From an uncultured Elusimicrobia bacterium (GTDB taxonomy: Bacteria > Elusimicrobiota > Elusimicrobia > UBA1565 > UBA9628), in the NCBI GenBank assembly GCA_965283875.1, contig CBDIQC010000001.1:2070110-2134109 (forward strand): a stretch of DNA of 64,000 bases. The letters run 5' to 3'. The notes beneath the pieces were generated by a model, which worked only from the letters and a program-made list of their open reading frames with translations, was not told the DNA's origin and made no database searches. A program made the translations under genes and the position numbers. Position 1 is the stretch's first letter; each line of letters starts with the position of its first letter. Shown piece by piece: positions 1 to 6,955 of this stretch.

Positions 1-710
1 GCGATGGCGACGAGCCTCACGCGTTTGACGACGACGGCGTCGCGGCCGGCGCGCAGCATGGTCCAGGCCAGCGCGGCCAGATAGCTCAACAGATACAGGC
101 GCGCGAAATGCCAGGACGACATCGCCAGGCCCAGCGCCGCGCCGGAGGCGAAGGCCCACGGCACGGGGTCCTTGGTCTCCTTGTCGAGCGCGGCCAAAGC
201 TGCCGCCAGCCCGAGGTGCATCATGGGCAGCGCGAAACCTTCGAAGCCGTAGGTGCCCGCGACGTTGGCCTGGGCGGCCCAGGACAGGCCGTAGGCCGCG
301 GTCGCGGCCAACGCGAGCGGCGGGTCGCGCGTGAGCCGCCAGGCCGCGGCGTAGAACGCGAGCAAGGACAGGCTCGACACGAAGGCGACCCAGCACACCA
401 CGAACCAGCGCAGGTCGGGGCGCGGCTCGGGCAGGAGGCGCCACGCGAGCCCCGTGGCGCGCTCCATCACGCTGGTGGTCTCGCGGCGGGTGTCCACGCC
501 TTCGGGCCATTGCGCGTCGTGGTCCACGGCGGGCAAGGCGCCTTTCGCCGCGAGCCCGGCGTAGCGGTACTGGAACGCGCTTTCGGCGCGGTAATAACCG
601 GTCCCGTCGGCCGGGTCCCAACGCGGCGTCTGCGTGGCGCGGCGCAGGCGCAGGTCCACGGAGACGAAGAACAACGCCGCGACGCCCAGCCACGCCGCGA
701 GCCGGTTCAA
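1..710 (-). CDS. Polytopic membrane protein, possibly a GT-C-type (STT3/ArnT-like) glycosyltransferase; 5' part only, gene runs off the window start
   Basis: Not in the ORF track because it has no stop in the window. The reverse-strand frame is open from ~710 to 1 (LNRLAAWLGVAALFFVS...YYRAESAFQYRY... with several hydrophobic spans). TTG at 710-708 overlaps the S9 peptidase stop (TTGA). Family call rests on loose resemblance only. Confidence 0.4.
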   Translation of the reverse strand, partial: MNRLAAWLGVAALFFVSVDLRLRRATQTPRWDPADGTGYYRAESAFQYRYAGLAAKGALPAVDHDAQWPEGVDTRRETTSVMERATGLAWRLLPEPRPDLRWFVVCWVAFVSSLSLLAFYAAAWRLTRDPPLALAATAAYGLSWAAQANVAGTYGFEGFALPMMHLGLAAALAALDKETKDPVPWAFASGAALGLAMSSWHFARLYLLSYLAALAWTMLRAGRDAVVVKRVRLVAI

Positions 711-2515
711 GAGAGCAGGTGGCGGCGGTGGAACGCTTCGGCCGCGGCGTAGAACTTGAGGCGGTTGGAGGGTTTGGCGAAGCCGTGCCCTTCGTCGGGG
801 AAAAGGAGGTATTCGACGGGTTTGCCCTTGGCCCGCAGCGCTTCGACGATTTGTTCCGATTCGGCTTGTTTGACCCGCGGGTCGTTGGCGCCCTGCGCGA
901 TGAGCAGCGGAATGTCGATTTTATCCGCCGAGAAAAGCGGCGAGCGCGACTTCAGGAAATCAGGCTCCGTGTCCACGGCGCCCACGCGCAAATCGAAGAC
1001 GCGTTTCATCGGCTCCCAATACGGCGGGATGGATTTGATCAGCGTGACGAGGTTGGAGGGGCCGACCACGTCCACCGCGCAGCGGTAAACCCCGGGCGTA
1101 AAGGCCGCGCCCGCGAGCGCGGCGTAGCCGCCGTAGGAGCCGCCTTGGATGGCGACGCGTTTGGCGTCGGCCACGCCGGTTTTGACGGCCCAGGCCGCGG
1201 CGTCGGTGAGGTCGTCCTGCATCTTGGCGCCCCATTCGCGGTCGCCCGCGTGCAGGAAACGTTTGCCGTAACCCGTGGAGCCGCGGAAGTTGACCTGCAG
1301 GCAGGCGACGCCGAGGGAGGCCAGCCACTGCGCCTCGGGGTTGAAGCCCCAGCGGTCGCGGGCCCACGGGCCGCCGTGCACGAGCAGCACGAGCGGGAGG
1401 TTTTTCGCCTCGCGCCCCGCCGGCGTGGTCAGGTAGGCGCGCACGGTGAGGCCGTCGCGGCTTTTAAAAGAAACCGGCGCCATGGGCGCGAGGCGGTGCG
1501 CGTCGAGCTTCGGCCGGGTGGCGAACAGGAAGCGGGCCTCTTGTTTCGCGCGGTCCCAGCGCCAATAGGACGGCGAGCGGTCCGCGCGGTTGACCACCAC
1601 GTACCAGACGCGGTCGGCGTCGTCGCGGCTGACGAGTTGGACGTCGCCTTCGGAGAGCTTCTCGAGCGCGGCGAAGTCGGCGGCCAGCGCGGAATCGAGC
1701 ACGGTCCACTTCAGGCGCTCGACCTCGAAGCCGACGGCTTCGACGTGGTACTTGGTGGGGTGGAGCAGGACCGGGCCGAGGTCGGAGTCCGGGTGCTCGG
1801 CCAACACGCGCGGCGCGGAGCCGTCGAGCGGGGCCTCGAGCAAGGCGGTGGTGTCGCGCCCGAGGTCGGATTCGAGGTAGAGGGCCATGCCGCCGGGCAC
1901 GAAGCCGTGCGCGCCGAGTTGGTCGTCGGGGCCGCAGGACATGAAGTCGCGCCAGCCGGCGCCGTCGCGCAGGCGCAAAACGGTCCCGCCGTCGGGGCGC
2001 ATGGCCTTGTGCAGGCCGATCTTGAAGCCGAAGTCCGGCAGCCAGCCGATGGCGTCGCCGGGATTGCGGGCCTCTTCCTGACGGGAGCCGTCCTTCAAGT
2101 TCACGCGCCACACGTCGTGGGCGCGCGGGTCGCGGTCGTTGAGCGCGACCAGGATTTCATGCGGGAAACGCGGGTCGGTGCCGACGATCTGGGCCTGGGC
2201 GCCGGGATACGGCGTGAGGTTGCGCGTGGCGCCGGTGGTCACGTCGGTCTGGTAGAGGTGCCAGTTCTCGTCGCCGTCTTTGTCTTGGATATAGAGGATG
2301 GAACGCTCGTCCTCGGCCCACAGGAACACGCGGATGCCGCGGCCGCGGTCCTTCGTCAGGGGCTTGGCGTCTTCGCCTTCGGGGCCGCACCAGATGTTGA
2401 GCACGCCTTCGTCGGGGGCGAGGTAGGCCCAGAACTTCCCGTTCGGAGACACCTTCGGGGAGGCCTTCTCCGGGTTGCCGAACAACAGCTCCAGGGGGAC
2501 GCGTTCGTTCATCAC
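707..2515 (-). CDS. S9-family serine peptidase (prolyl oligopeptidase / dipeptidyl aminopeptidase type)
   Basis: 602-aa ORF. C-terminal alpha/beta-hydrolase module with GGSYGG nucleophile elbow and a later PDEGHGF histidine region; N-terminal propeller-like part (DKDGDENWHLY). Confidence 0.9.
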   Translation of the reverse strand: MMNERVPLELLFGNPEKASPKVSPNGKFWAYLAPDEGVLNIWCGPEGEDAKPLTKDRGRGIRVFLWAEDERSILYIQDKDGDENWHLYQTDVTTGATRNLTPYPGAQAQIVGTDPRFPHEILVALNDRDPRAHDVWRVNLKDGSRQEEARNPGDAIGWLPDFGFKIGLHKAMRPDGGTVLRLRDGAGWRDFMSCGPDDQLGAHGFVPGGMALYLESDLGRDTTALLEAPLDGSAPRVLAEHPDSDLGPVLLHPTKYHVEAVGFEVERLKWTVLDSALAADFAALEKLSEGDVQLVSRDDADRVWYVVVNRADRSPSYWRWDRAKQEARFLFATRPKLDAHRLAPMAPVSFKSRDGLTVRAYLTTPAGREAKNLPLVLLVHGGPWARDRWGFNPEAQWLASLGVACLQVNFRGSTGYGKRFLHAGDREWGAKMQDDLTDAAAWAVKTGVADAKRVAIQGGSYGGYAALAGAAFTPGVYRCAVDVVGPSNLVTLIKSIPPYWEPMKRVFDLRVGAVDTEPDFLKSRSPLFSADKIDIPLLIAQGANDPRVKQAESEQIVEALRAKGKPVEYLLFPDEGHGFAKPSNRLKFYAAAEAFHRRHLLS

Positions 2516-2590
2516 GACATCGTAACCCTTCCGGGGGGAACTTTCCTAGTATGGGGGCGTCGTATCGGGACCGTTATTAAGGAGACCCTG

Positions 2591-3997
2591 ATGAAAACCC
2601 TGCTCGCCGTCCTCGTGTTCCTCTCCCCGTGCGCTCGCGCCGCGGAGGTCACCGTCTATAACTCCAATCTCGGCCTGGTCAAAGACGTGCGTCCCTTCGA
2701 CCTGAAGGCGGGCGTCAGCCGCCTCGAGGTCACCGACGTGGCCGCGCAGATCGACCCGACCAGCGTGCACTTCAAGTCCCTCACCGCGCCCGAAGCGGTG
2801 TCGGTGCTCGAGCAGGATTTCCAATACGACCTCGTCAGCCAGGACAAGCTTCTCCAGCGCTACCTGGGAAAAGAAATCGAGCTCGAGCGTTACGTCGGGC
2901 GCGACGGCGACCGCAAGGAGACGCTTAAAGGCGTGCTGCTCTCCAACTCCGGAGGCCGCGTGCTGCAGGTCGGCGACAAGATCCTCGTCAACCCGCCGGG
3001 CAACCCCATTTTGCCCGCGCTGCCCGAGGGCCTGCTCACGCGCCCGACCCTCGTCTGGAAGCTCAAGTCGAGCAAGGCCGGCGAGCACCAGGGCGAGATC
3101 TCGTATTTGACCGGCGGCCTCACCTGGAGCGCGGACTACGTGCTCGTCGTCGATAAAGACGACGCCAAAGGCGACCTCAACGCCTGGGTCACCGTGGTCA
3201 ACAACTCCGGCGCGACCTACAAGGACGCCAAGCTCAAGCTCGTCGCCGGCGACGTGCACCGCGCGCCCGTGGCGGCGCCGCGCGGGCGCGGCAGCTACAT
3301 GGCCAAGATGTCCATGGCCGCGGAGATGGACGGCGGCATGAGCGAGAAGTCCTTCTTCGAGTACCACCTTTACACCCTCGGCCGGCCGACGACGCTCGCG
3401 GACAACTCCTCCAAGCAGGTGGAGATGGCGTCGGCCGCGGGTTTCCCGGTCAAGAAGCAGTTCATCTACGACGGCGTGCAGGGCGTGCAGTGGGCCGACT
3501 TCTACGGCGAGGCGTATTCGGACCCGGGCTACGGCCTGGCCTCCGGCAAGAAGGTCTCCGTGTTCTTCGAGCTCCTCAACAAGAAGTCCGAGGGCCTGGG
3601 CATCCCGCTGCCCAAGGGCCGCGTGCGCGTCTATAAAAAAGACGACGACGGCTCGCTGCAGCTCGCGGGCGAAGACGCCATCGACCACACGCCCAAAGAC
3701 GAGAAGGTGCGCGTGAAGATGGGCGAGGCCTTCGACGTGGTCGGCGAGCGCAAACGCACGAACTTCCAATCAGGGAAACGCTGGATGGAGGAGACCTTCG
3801 AGATCCGCGTGCGCAACCACAAAGAATCCGACGTCACGGTCACCGTCGTCGAGCACCTGTACCGCTGGAGCGGCTGGAAGGTGACGGACTTCTCCCACAA
3901 GTGGGAGAAGAAGGACGCCCAGACCATCGAGTTCCCCGTCTCGGTGAAGAAGGACGGCGAGGCCGTCATCACCTACACCGTCAGGTATTCCTGGTAG
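2591..3997 (+). CDS. Secreted DUF4139-like protein
   Basis: In-frame ATG at 2591 inside the artefactual ORF 719..3997, preceded by AAGGAG. Signal peptide MKTLLAVLVFLSPCARA followed by VTVYNSNLGLVKDVR, typical of DUF4139/TIGR02231-type proteins as I remember them. Confidence 0.7.
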   Translation: MKTLLAVLVFLSPCARAAEVTVYNSNLGLVKDVRPFDLKAGVSRLEVTDVAAQIDPTSVHFKSLTAPEAVSVLEQDFQYDLVSQDKLLQRYLGKEIELERYVGRDGDRKETLKGVLLSNSGGRVLQVGDKILVNPPGNPILPALPEGLLTRPTLVWKLKSSKAGEHQGEISYLTGGLTWSADYVLVVDKDDAKGDLNAWVTVVNNSGATYKDAKLKLVAGDVHRAPVAAPRGRGSYMAKMSMAAEMDGGMSEKSFFEYHLYTLGRPTTLADNSSKQVEMASAAGFPVKKQFIYDGVQGVQWADFYGEAYSDPGYGLASGKKVSVFFELLNKKSEGLGIPLPKGRVRVYKKDDDGSLQLAGEDAIDHTPKDEKVRVKMGEAFDVVGERKRTNFQSGKRWMEETFEIRVRNHKESDVTVTVVEHLYRWSGWKVTDFSHKWEKKDAQTIEFPVSVKKDGEAVITYTVRYSW

Positions 3998-4028
3998 CCG
4001 TCACCGGACTCGGTCCGGAGTAAGTGTT

Positions 4029-4706
4029 ATGATATCGGTCATGAAGAACACTTTTTTCGTTCTCGCGGCCGTTATTCTCGCCGGGTGCGCGTCGGAGTCG
4101 CACCGTGCCGTGGCGACGGAGAAATCCGCGTCGGCGGCGACGGCAACGGCCTACACCGGGAAGAAGAACCCGTTGATGATCGGCAAGTTCGACAATCGCA
4201 CCAACTTCATGCGCGGCCTATTCTCGGACGGTGTGGACCGCCTGGGCGGGCAGGCCAAGACCATCTTGATGGCGCATCTGCAGCAGACCGGACGCTTCAG
4301 CGTCCTAGACCGCGACAATCTGGCAGAAATCGCGGCCGAGGCGAAGCTCAAGGGCCAGGAGCAGAAGCTTAAGGGAGCCGACTTCGCGGTCACCGGCGAC
4401 GTGGTGGAGTTCGGACGCAAAGAGACCGGTGACATCCAGCTCTTCGGCATCTTGGGAAGCGGCAAGAAGCAAGTCGCACACTCCAAGGTCACCTTGAACG
4501 TCGTGGACGTGCTCAGCTCCGAGGTGGTGTACTCCGTGCAAGGCGCCGGTGAATACCAACTCAGCAACCGCGAGGTGCTGGGTTTCGGCGGCACGGCGGG
4601 TTACGACTCCACGCTCAACGGCAAGGTGCTCGATCTCGCCCTGCGCGAGGCCGTGGACCGACTCGTCGAGGGGCTGGAGCAGGGCAAGTGGGCCGTCTCC
4701 AGGTAG
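4029..4706 (+). CDS. CsgG/HfaB-family lipoprotein
   Basis: Lipobox LAGC. Body (GKFDNRT...LGGQAKTILMAHLQQTGRFSVLDRDNL...ADFAVTGDVVEFG) matches the CsgG-like periplasmic fold signature. GGAG lies 8 nt upstream of the ATG. Confidence 0.8.
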   Translation: MISVMKNTFFVLAAVILAGCASESHRAVATEKSASAATATAYTGKKNPLMIGKFDNRTNFMRGLFSDGVDRLGGQAKTILMAHLQQTGRFSVLDRDNLAEIAAEAKLKGQEQKLKGADFAVTGDVVEFGRKETGDIQLFGILGSGKKQVAHSKVTLNVVDVLSSEVVYSVQGAGEYQLSNREVLGFGGTAGYDSTLNGKVLDLALREAVDRLVEGLEQGKWAVSR

Positions 4707-5053
4707 CCTTCTCCGGTCTGGGGCTGCTCGTCCTATCCATCGCCGCGACCGGCTGCGCGTCGCAGTCCACGCTTTATTCCTGGGGCCGCTACGAGGACCT
4801 GATTTACCAGTCCTACGCCAAGCCCGGCGCCGTCCCGCCTGAGAAGCAGATCGAGGCTCTAGAGGCCGATTACCAGAAGGCGCGCTCCGCCAATAAGCGC
4901 GTCCCGCCCGGCTGGCACGCGCAGCTCGGCTATCTCTACTTCCAAATCGGCAAGCTCGACCAGGCGCAGCAGGAGTTCAAAACGGAGAAGGCGGAGTTCC
5001 CGGAGTCGGCCGTGTACATGGACCGTCTGCTGGCGCGTATGGAGAAGAAGTGA
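4688..5053 (+). CDS. DUF4810-like lipoprotein
   Basis: Lipobox ATGC. LYSWGRYEDLIY...VPPGWHAQLGYLY...EFPES resembles the DUF4810 family. It overlaps the upstream gene by 19 nt and the downstream gene by 4 nt. Confidence 0.7.
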   Translation: MGRLQVAFSGLGLLVLSIAATGCASQSTLYSWGRYEDLIYQSYAKPGAVPPEKQIEALEADYQKARSANKRVPPGWHAQLGYLYFQIGKLDQAQQEFKTEKAEFPESAVYMDRLLARMEKK

Positions 5054-5784
5054 GGGCCGCGCTCCGCGCCGCCGGGCTCGGCCTGCTCGCCGCGGCGCTC
5101 GGAGCCTGCGCGAATCAGCCGCGCACTCCTCCCGACTACACGGCTTTTCGCGCCAGCCGACCGCGCTCGGTGCTGGTGCTGCCTCCGGTCAACAATTCCA
5201 CCGACGTGCGCGGCACCTATGGCTATCTCTCGACGGTGACGCGCCCGCTCGCGGAGATGGGTTACTACGTGTTCCCCGTCGCCATGGTGGACCAATTCCT
5301 CAAAGAGAACGGCCTGCCCACGGCCGGCGAGATGCATCAGGCTCCGCTGGCCAAGTTCCGCGAAGTGTTCGGCGCGGACGCCGTGCTCTACCTCGTGCTC
5401 GAGCGGTACGGCACGAAGTATCAGCTCCTGGCCAGTAGGACCGAGGTGGCCGTCAAAGCGACTTTGGTGGACGCGCGCGATGGCGTCACGATTTGGAGCG
5501 GGCAAGCCGCCGGCTTCCAAAGCGGCTCCGGCAACAGCGGCGGCGGCTTAGTCGGCATGCTCGTGGAGGCGGCGGTCTCCCAGGCCGTCAACTCCAGCCA
5601 GGACACGGCGCATCAGCTCAGCGCGGGCGTGAGCCGCTGCCTGTTCGACGGTGAAAGCGGGTCGTACGGCCAGCAATGTTTCGGCTCGCCGGGCGTGCTC
5701 TACGGCCCCTACCATCCGGACAACGCGATGCATTATGAAGAGCCCGCTGTGTCATCGGGCGCCGTGACGGCCCCGCCCCGATAA
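5050..5784 (+). CDS. DUF799 / GNA1162-family lipoprotein
   Basis: Lipobox LGAC. SVLVLPPVNNS...PLAEMGYYVFPVAMVD...FGADAVLYLVLERY...VDARDGVTIWSG is the DUF799 signature. Confidence 0.75.
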   Translation: MRAALRAAGLGLLAAALGACANQPRTPPDYTAFRASRPRSVLVLPPVNNSTDVRGTYGYLSTVTRPLAEMGYYVFPVAMVDQFLKENGLPTAGEMHQAPLAKFREVFGADAVLYLVLERYGTKYQLLASRTEVAVKATLVDARDGVTIWSGQAAGFQSGSGNSGGGLVGMLVEAAVSQAVNSSQDTAHQLSAGVSRCLFDGESGSYGQQCFGSPGVLYGPYHPDNAMHYEEPAVSSGAVTAPPR

Positions 5785-5898
5785 TCAGTCGCGGTTGATT
5801 GACCCGCTCCGCTGATCAACCACTTCTTCGCTTAGGCTCAGTCGTGGTTGATTGACCCGCTCCGCTGATCAACCACTTCTTCGCTTAGGCTCAGTCGT
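5785..5898. repeat. 53-bp tandem direct repeat: two full copies plus the first 8 nt of a third
   Basis: 5785-5837 and 5838-5890 are identical except 5792 c versus 5845 t. The next 8 nt (5891-5898, tcagtcgt) repeat the unit start and are the stop and last codons of the minus-strand lipoprotein gene. Each unit holds an inverted repeat ggttgat-N15-atcaacc. Confidence 0.9.
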
Positions 5899-6283
5899 AG
5901 TGGGTGCCGAGCTTGGACTGGAGGGCGGCCAGGTCGAGCTCGATGATGGAGGTGAACCCGGTGGCCTGGAGGGTGGGGGACGGCACGGGTTTGGCGCGGG
6001 GCTCGTTGAGCACGGACTGGACCAGCGGGCGGCGCTCGGGCAGCTCGACATCGAGCTCCAGGCGCATCAGCCAGCGCTCCAAGGTCTTGCGGACCTCGGC
6101 GTCGGCTTCCTCCCGGCTTTTCATGGACGAGCCGGAGGCCCGCAGGATGCGGCCTTCGCGGCGGATACGGCCGTCGTTGGGGATGGGCCAGGGCTTGGGG
6201 GCCGGGGCCAGGGCCCGTTCCAGGTTGGCGCAGCCGCCTAGAAGCAGGAGCAGGACAAATGGACGAATAGAGCGGGATTTGAT
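5891..6283 (-). CDS. Small hypothetical lipoprotein, probable non-canonical ATC start
   Basis: ORF 5891..6418 begins inside the antisense of tRNA-Glu. The plausible protein starts (I)KSRSIRPFVLLLLLGGC (lipobox). No ATG/GTG/TTG lies between the tRNA and the lipobox, but ATC at 6283-6281 sits 6 nt after GAGG. Confidence 0.5.
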   Translation of the reverse strand: MKSRSIRPFVLLLLLGGCANLERALAPAPKPWPIPNDGRIRREGRILRASGSSMKSREEADAEVRKTLERWLMRLELDVELPERRPLVQSVLNEPRAKPVPSPTLQATGFTSIIELDLAALQSKLGTHYD

Positions 6284-6328
6284 AAGATACCTCGTCGTCG
6301 CCTCTTCTGTTCCCCTCGGGGTCCTCGT

Positions 6329-6405
6329 GGCGCGTTCGTCTAGCGGCCTAGGACGCTGCCCTCTCAAGGCAGAGATCACGGGTTCAAATCCCGTACGCGC
6401 CACCA
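6329..6405 (+). tRNA. tRNA-Glu (anticodon CTC), CCA encoded
   Basis: Hand fold: acceptor GGCGCGT/ACGCGCC, D arm GTCT-AGCGGCCTA-GGAC, anticodon arm CTGCC-CTCTCAA-GGCAG, T arm ACGGG-TTCAAAT-CCCGT, discriminator A, CCA at 6403-6405. Confidence 0.9.
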
Positions 6406-6429
6406 GGCCCCTGAGCATATAAAGTAAAA

Positions 6430-6459
6430 GGCCCCGCTCCCGCGGGGGCCTTTGCTTTT
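6430..6459 (+). terminator. Intrinsic terminator after tRNA-Glu
   Basis: GC hairpin ggccccgc-tccc-gcgggggcc followed by tttgctttt. Confidence 0.6.
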
Positions 6460-6484
6460 CCGGGCCGCCCGACGCTCCCGCTAT

Positions 6485-6523
6485 AAAAAGGAAGGCCCCC
6501 GCTCGCGCGGAGGCCTTCTTTTT
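6485..6523. terminator. Bidirectional intrinsic terminator (serves the minus-strand SWIB gene)
   Basis: aaaaa-gaaggcccccgc-tcgc-gcggaggccttc-ttttt: A-run and T-run flank a 12-bp stem with one mismatch, 23 nt downstream of the SWIB stop. Confidence 0.6.
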
Positions 6524-6541
6524 CGGCTTGCGGCTAGGTCT

Positions 6542-6799
6542 TTAGGACAGGTGCTTGGAGACGAGCTTCGTCATCTCGAACATGTTGACGACGGACTTGC
6601 CGGCGAACACGGCCTTCAGCGCCGCGTCGGCGTTGATGTTGCGCTTGTTCTTCTTGTCCTGGAGGTTGTTCTTCTTGATGTACGCCCAGAGCTTCTTGAC
6701 GACCTCGGTGCGGGGGAGGGGCTTGGCTCCGACGATCTCGGCGAGCTTGTCCGAGGGGGTGAGGGGCTTCATGAACGCGGCGTTAGCCTTCTTGGCCAT
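6542..6799 (-). CDS. SWIB/MDM2-domain protein
   Basis: Internal ATG (residue 24 of ORF 6542..6868) preceded by AAGGAGAC. LPRTEVVKKLWAYIKKNNLQD...RNINAD..LKAVF.GK..VNMFEMTKLVSKHL is the SWIB signature. Confidence 0.85.
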   Translation of the reverse strand: MAKKANAAFMKPLTPSDKLAEIVGAKPLPRTEVVKKLWAYIKKNNLQDKKNKRNINADAALKAVFAGKSVVNMFEMTKLVSKHLS

Positions 6800-6909
6800 G
6801 TTGATAGTCTCCTTGGGTCCGTTAGTGCGCCGGACATTCCATGGCCGGCGGCAAGCCCATTCAACCACTTTCTCCCTCGGGAATCAAGGATTTCTCCGTC
6901 GGGGGCGCC

Positions 6910-6938
6910 TTGACAATCAGGGGTTGCGGGGCTACCCT
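6910..6938 (+). promoter_or_regulatory. Sigma70-like promoter for the S8 protease gene (TTGACA-17-TACCCT)
   Basis: TTGACA 6910-6915, 17-nt spacer, TACCCT 6933-6938. A short leader containing GGAGG precedes ATG 6956. Confidence 0.5.
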
Positions 6939-6955
6939 GAGGCATCGGAGGCCCG

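Noticed and set aside
719-2590. The N-terminal 624 codons of the 1092-aa plus-strand ORF 719..3997
   Set aside because: It is antisense to the well-supported S9 peptidase and has an Arg/Gly/Ala-rich composition typical of open alternative frames in 70% GC DNA. A signal peptide and SD appear only at 2591.
6284-6418. The first 45 codons of ORF 5891..6418
   Set aside because: They are the reverse-complement translation of tRNA-Glu (the TGFEPV hallmark) and not part of a protein.
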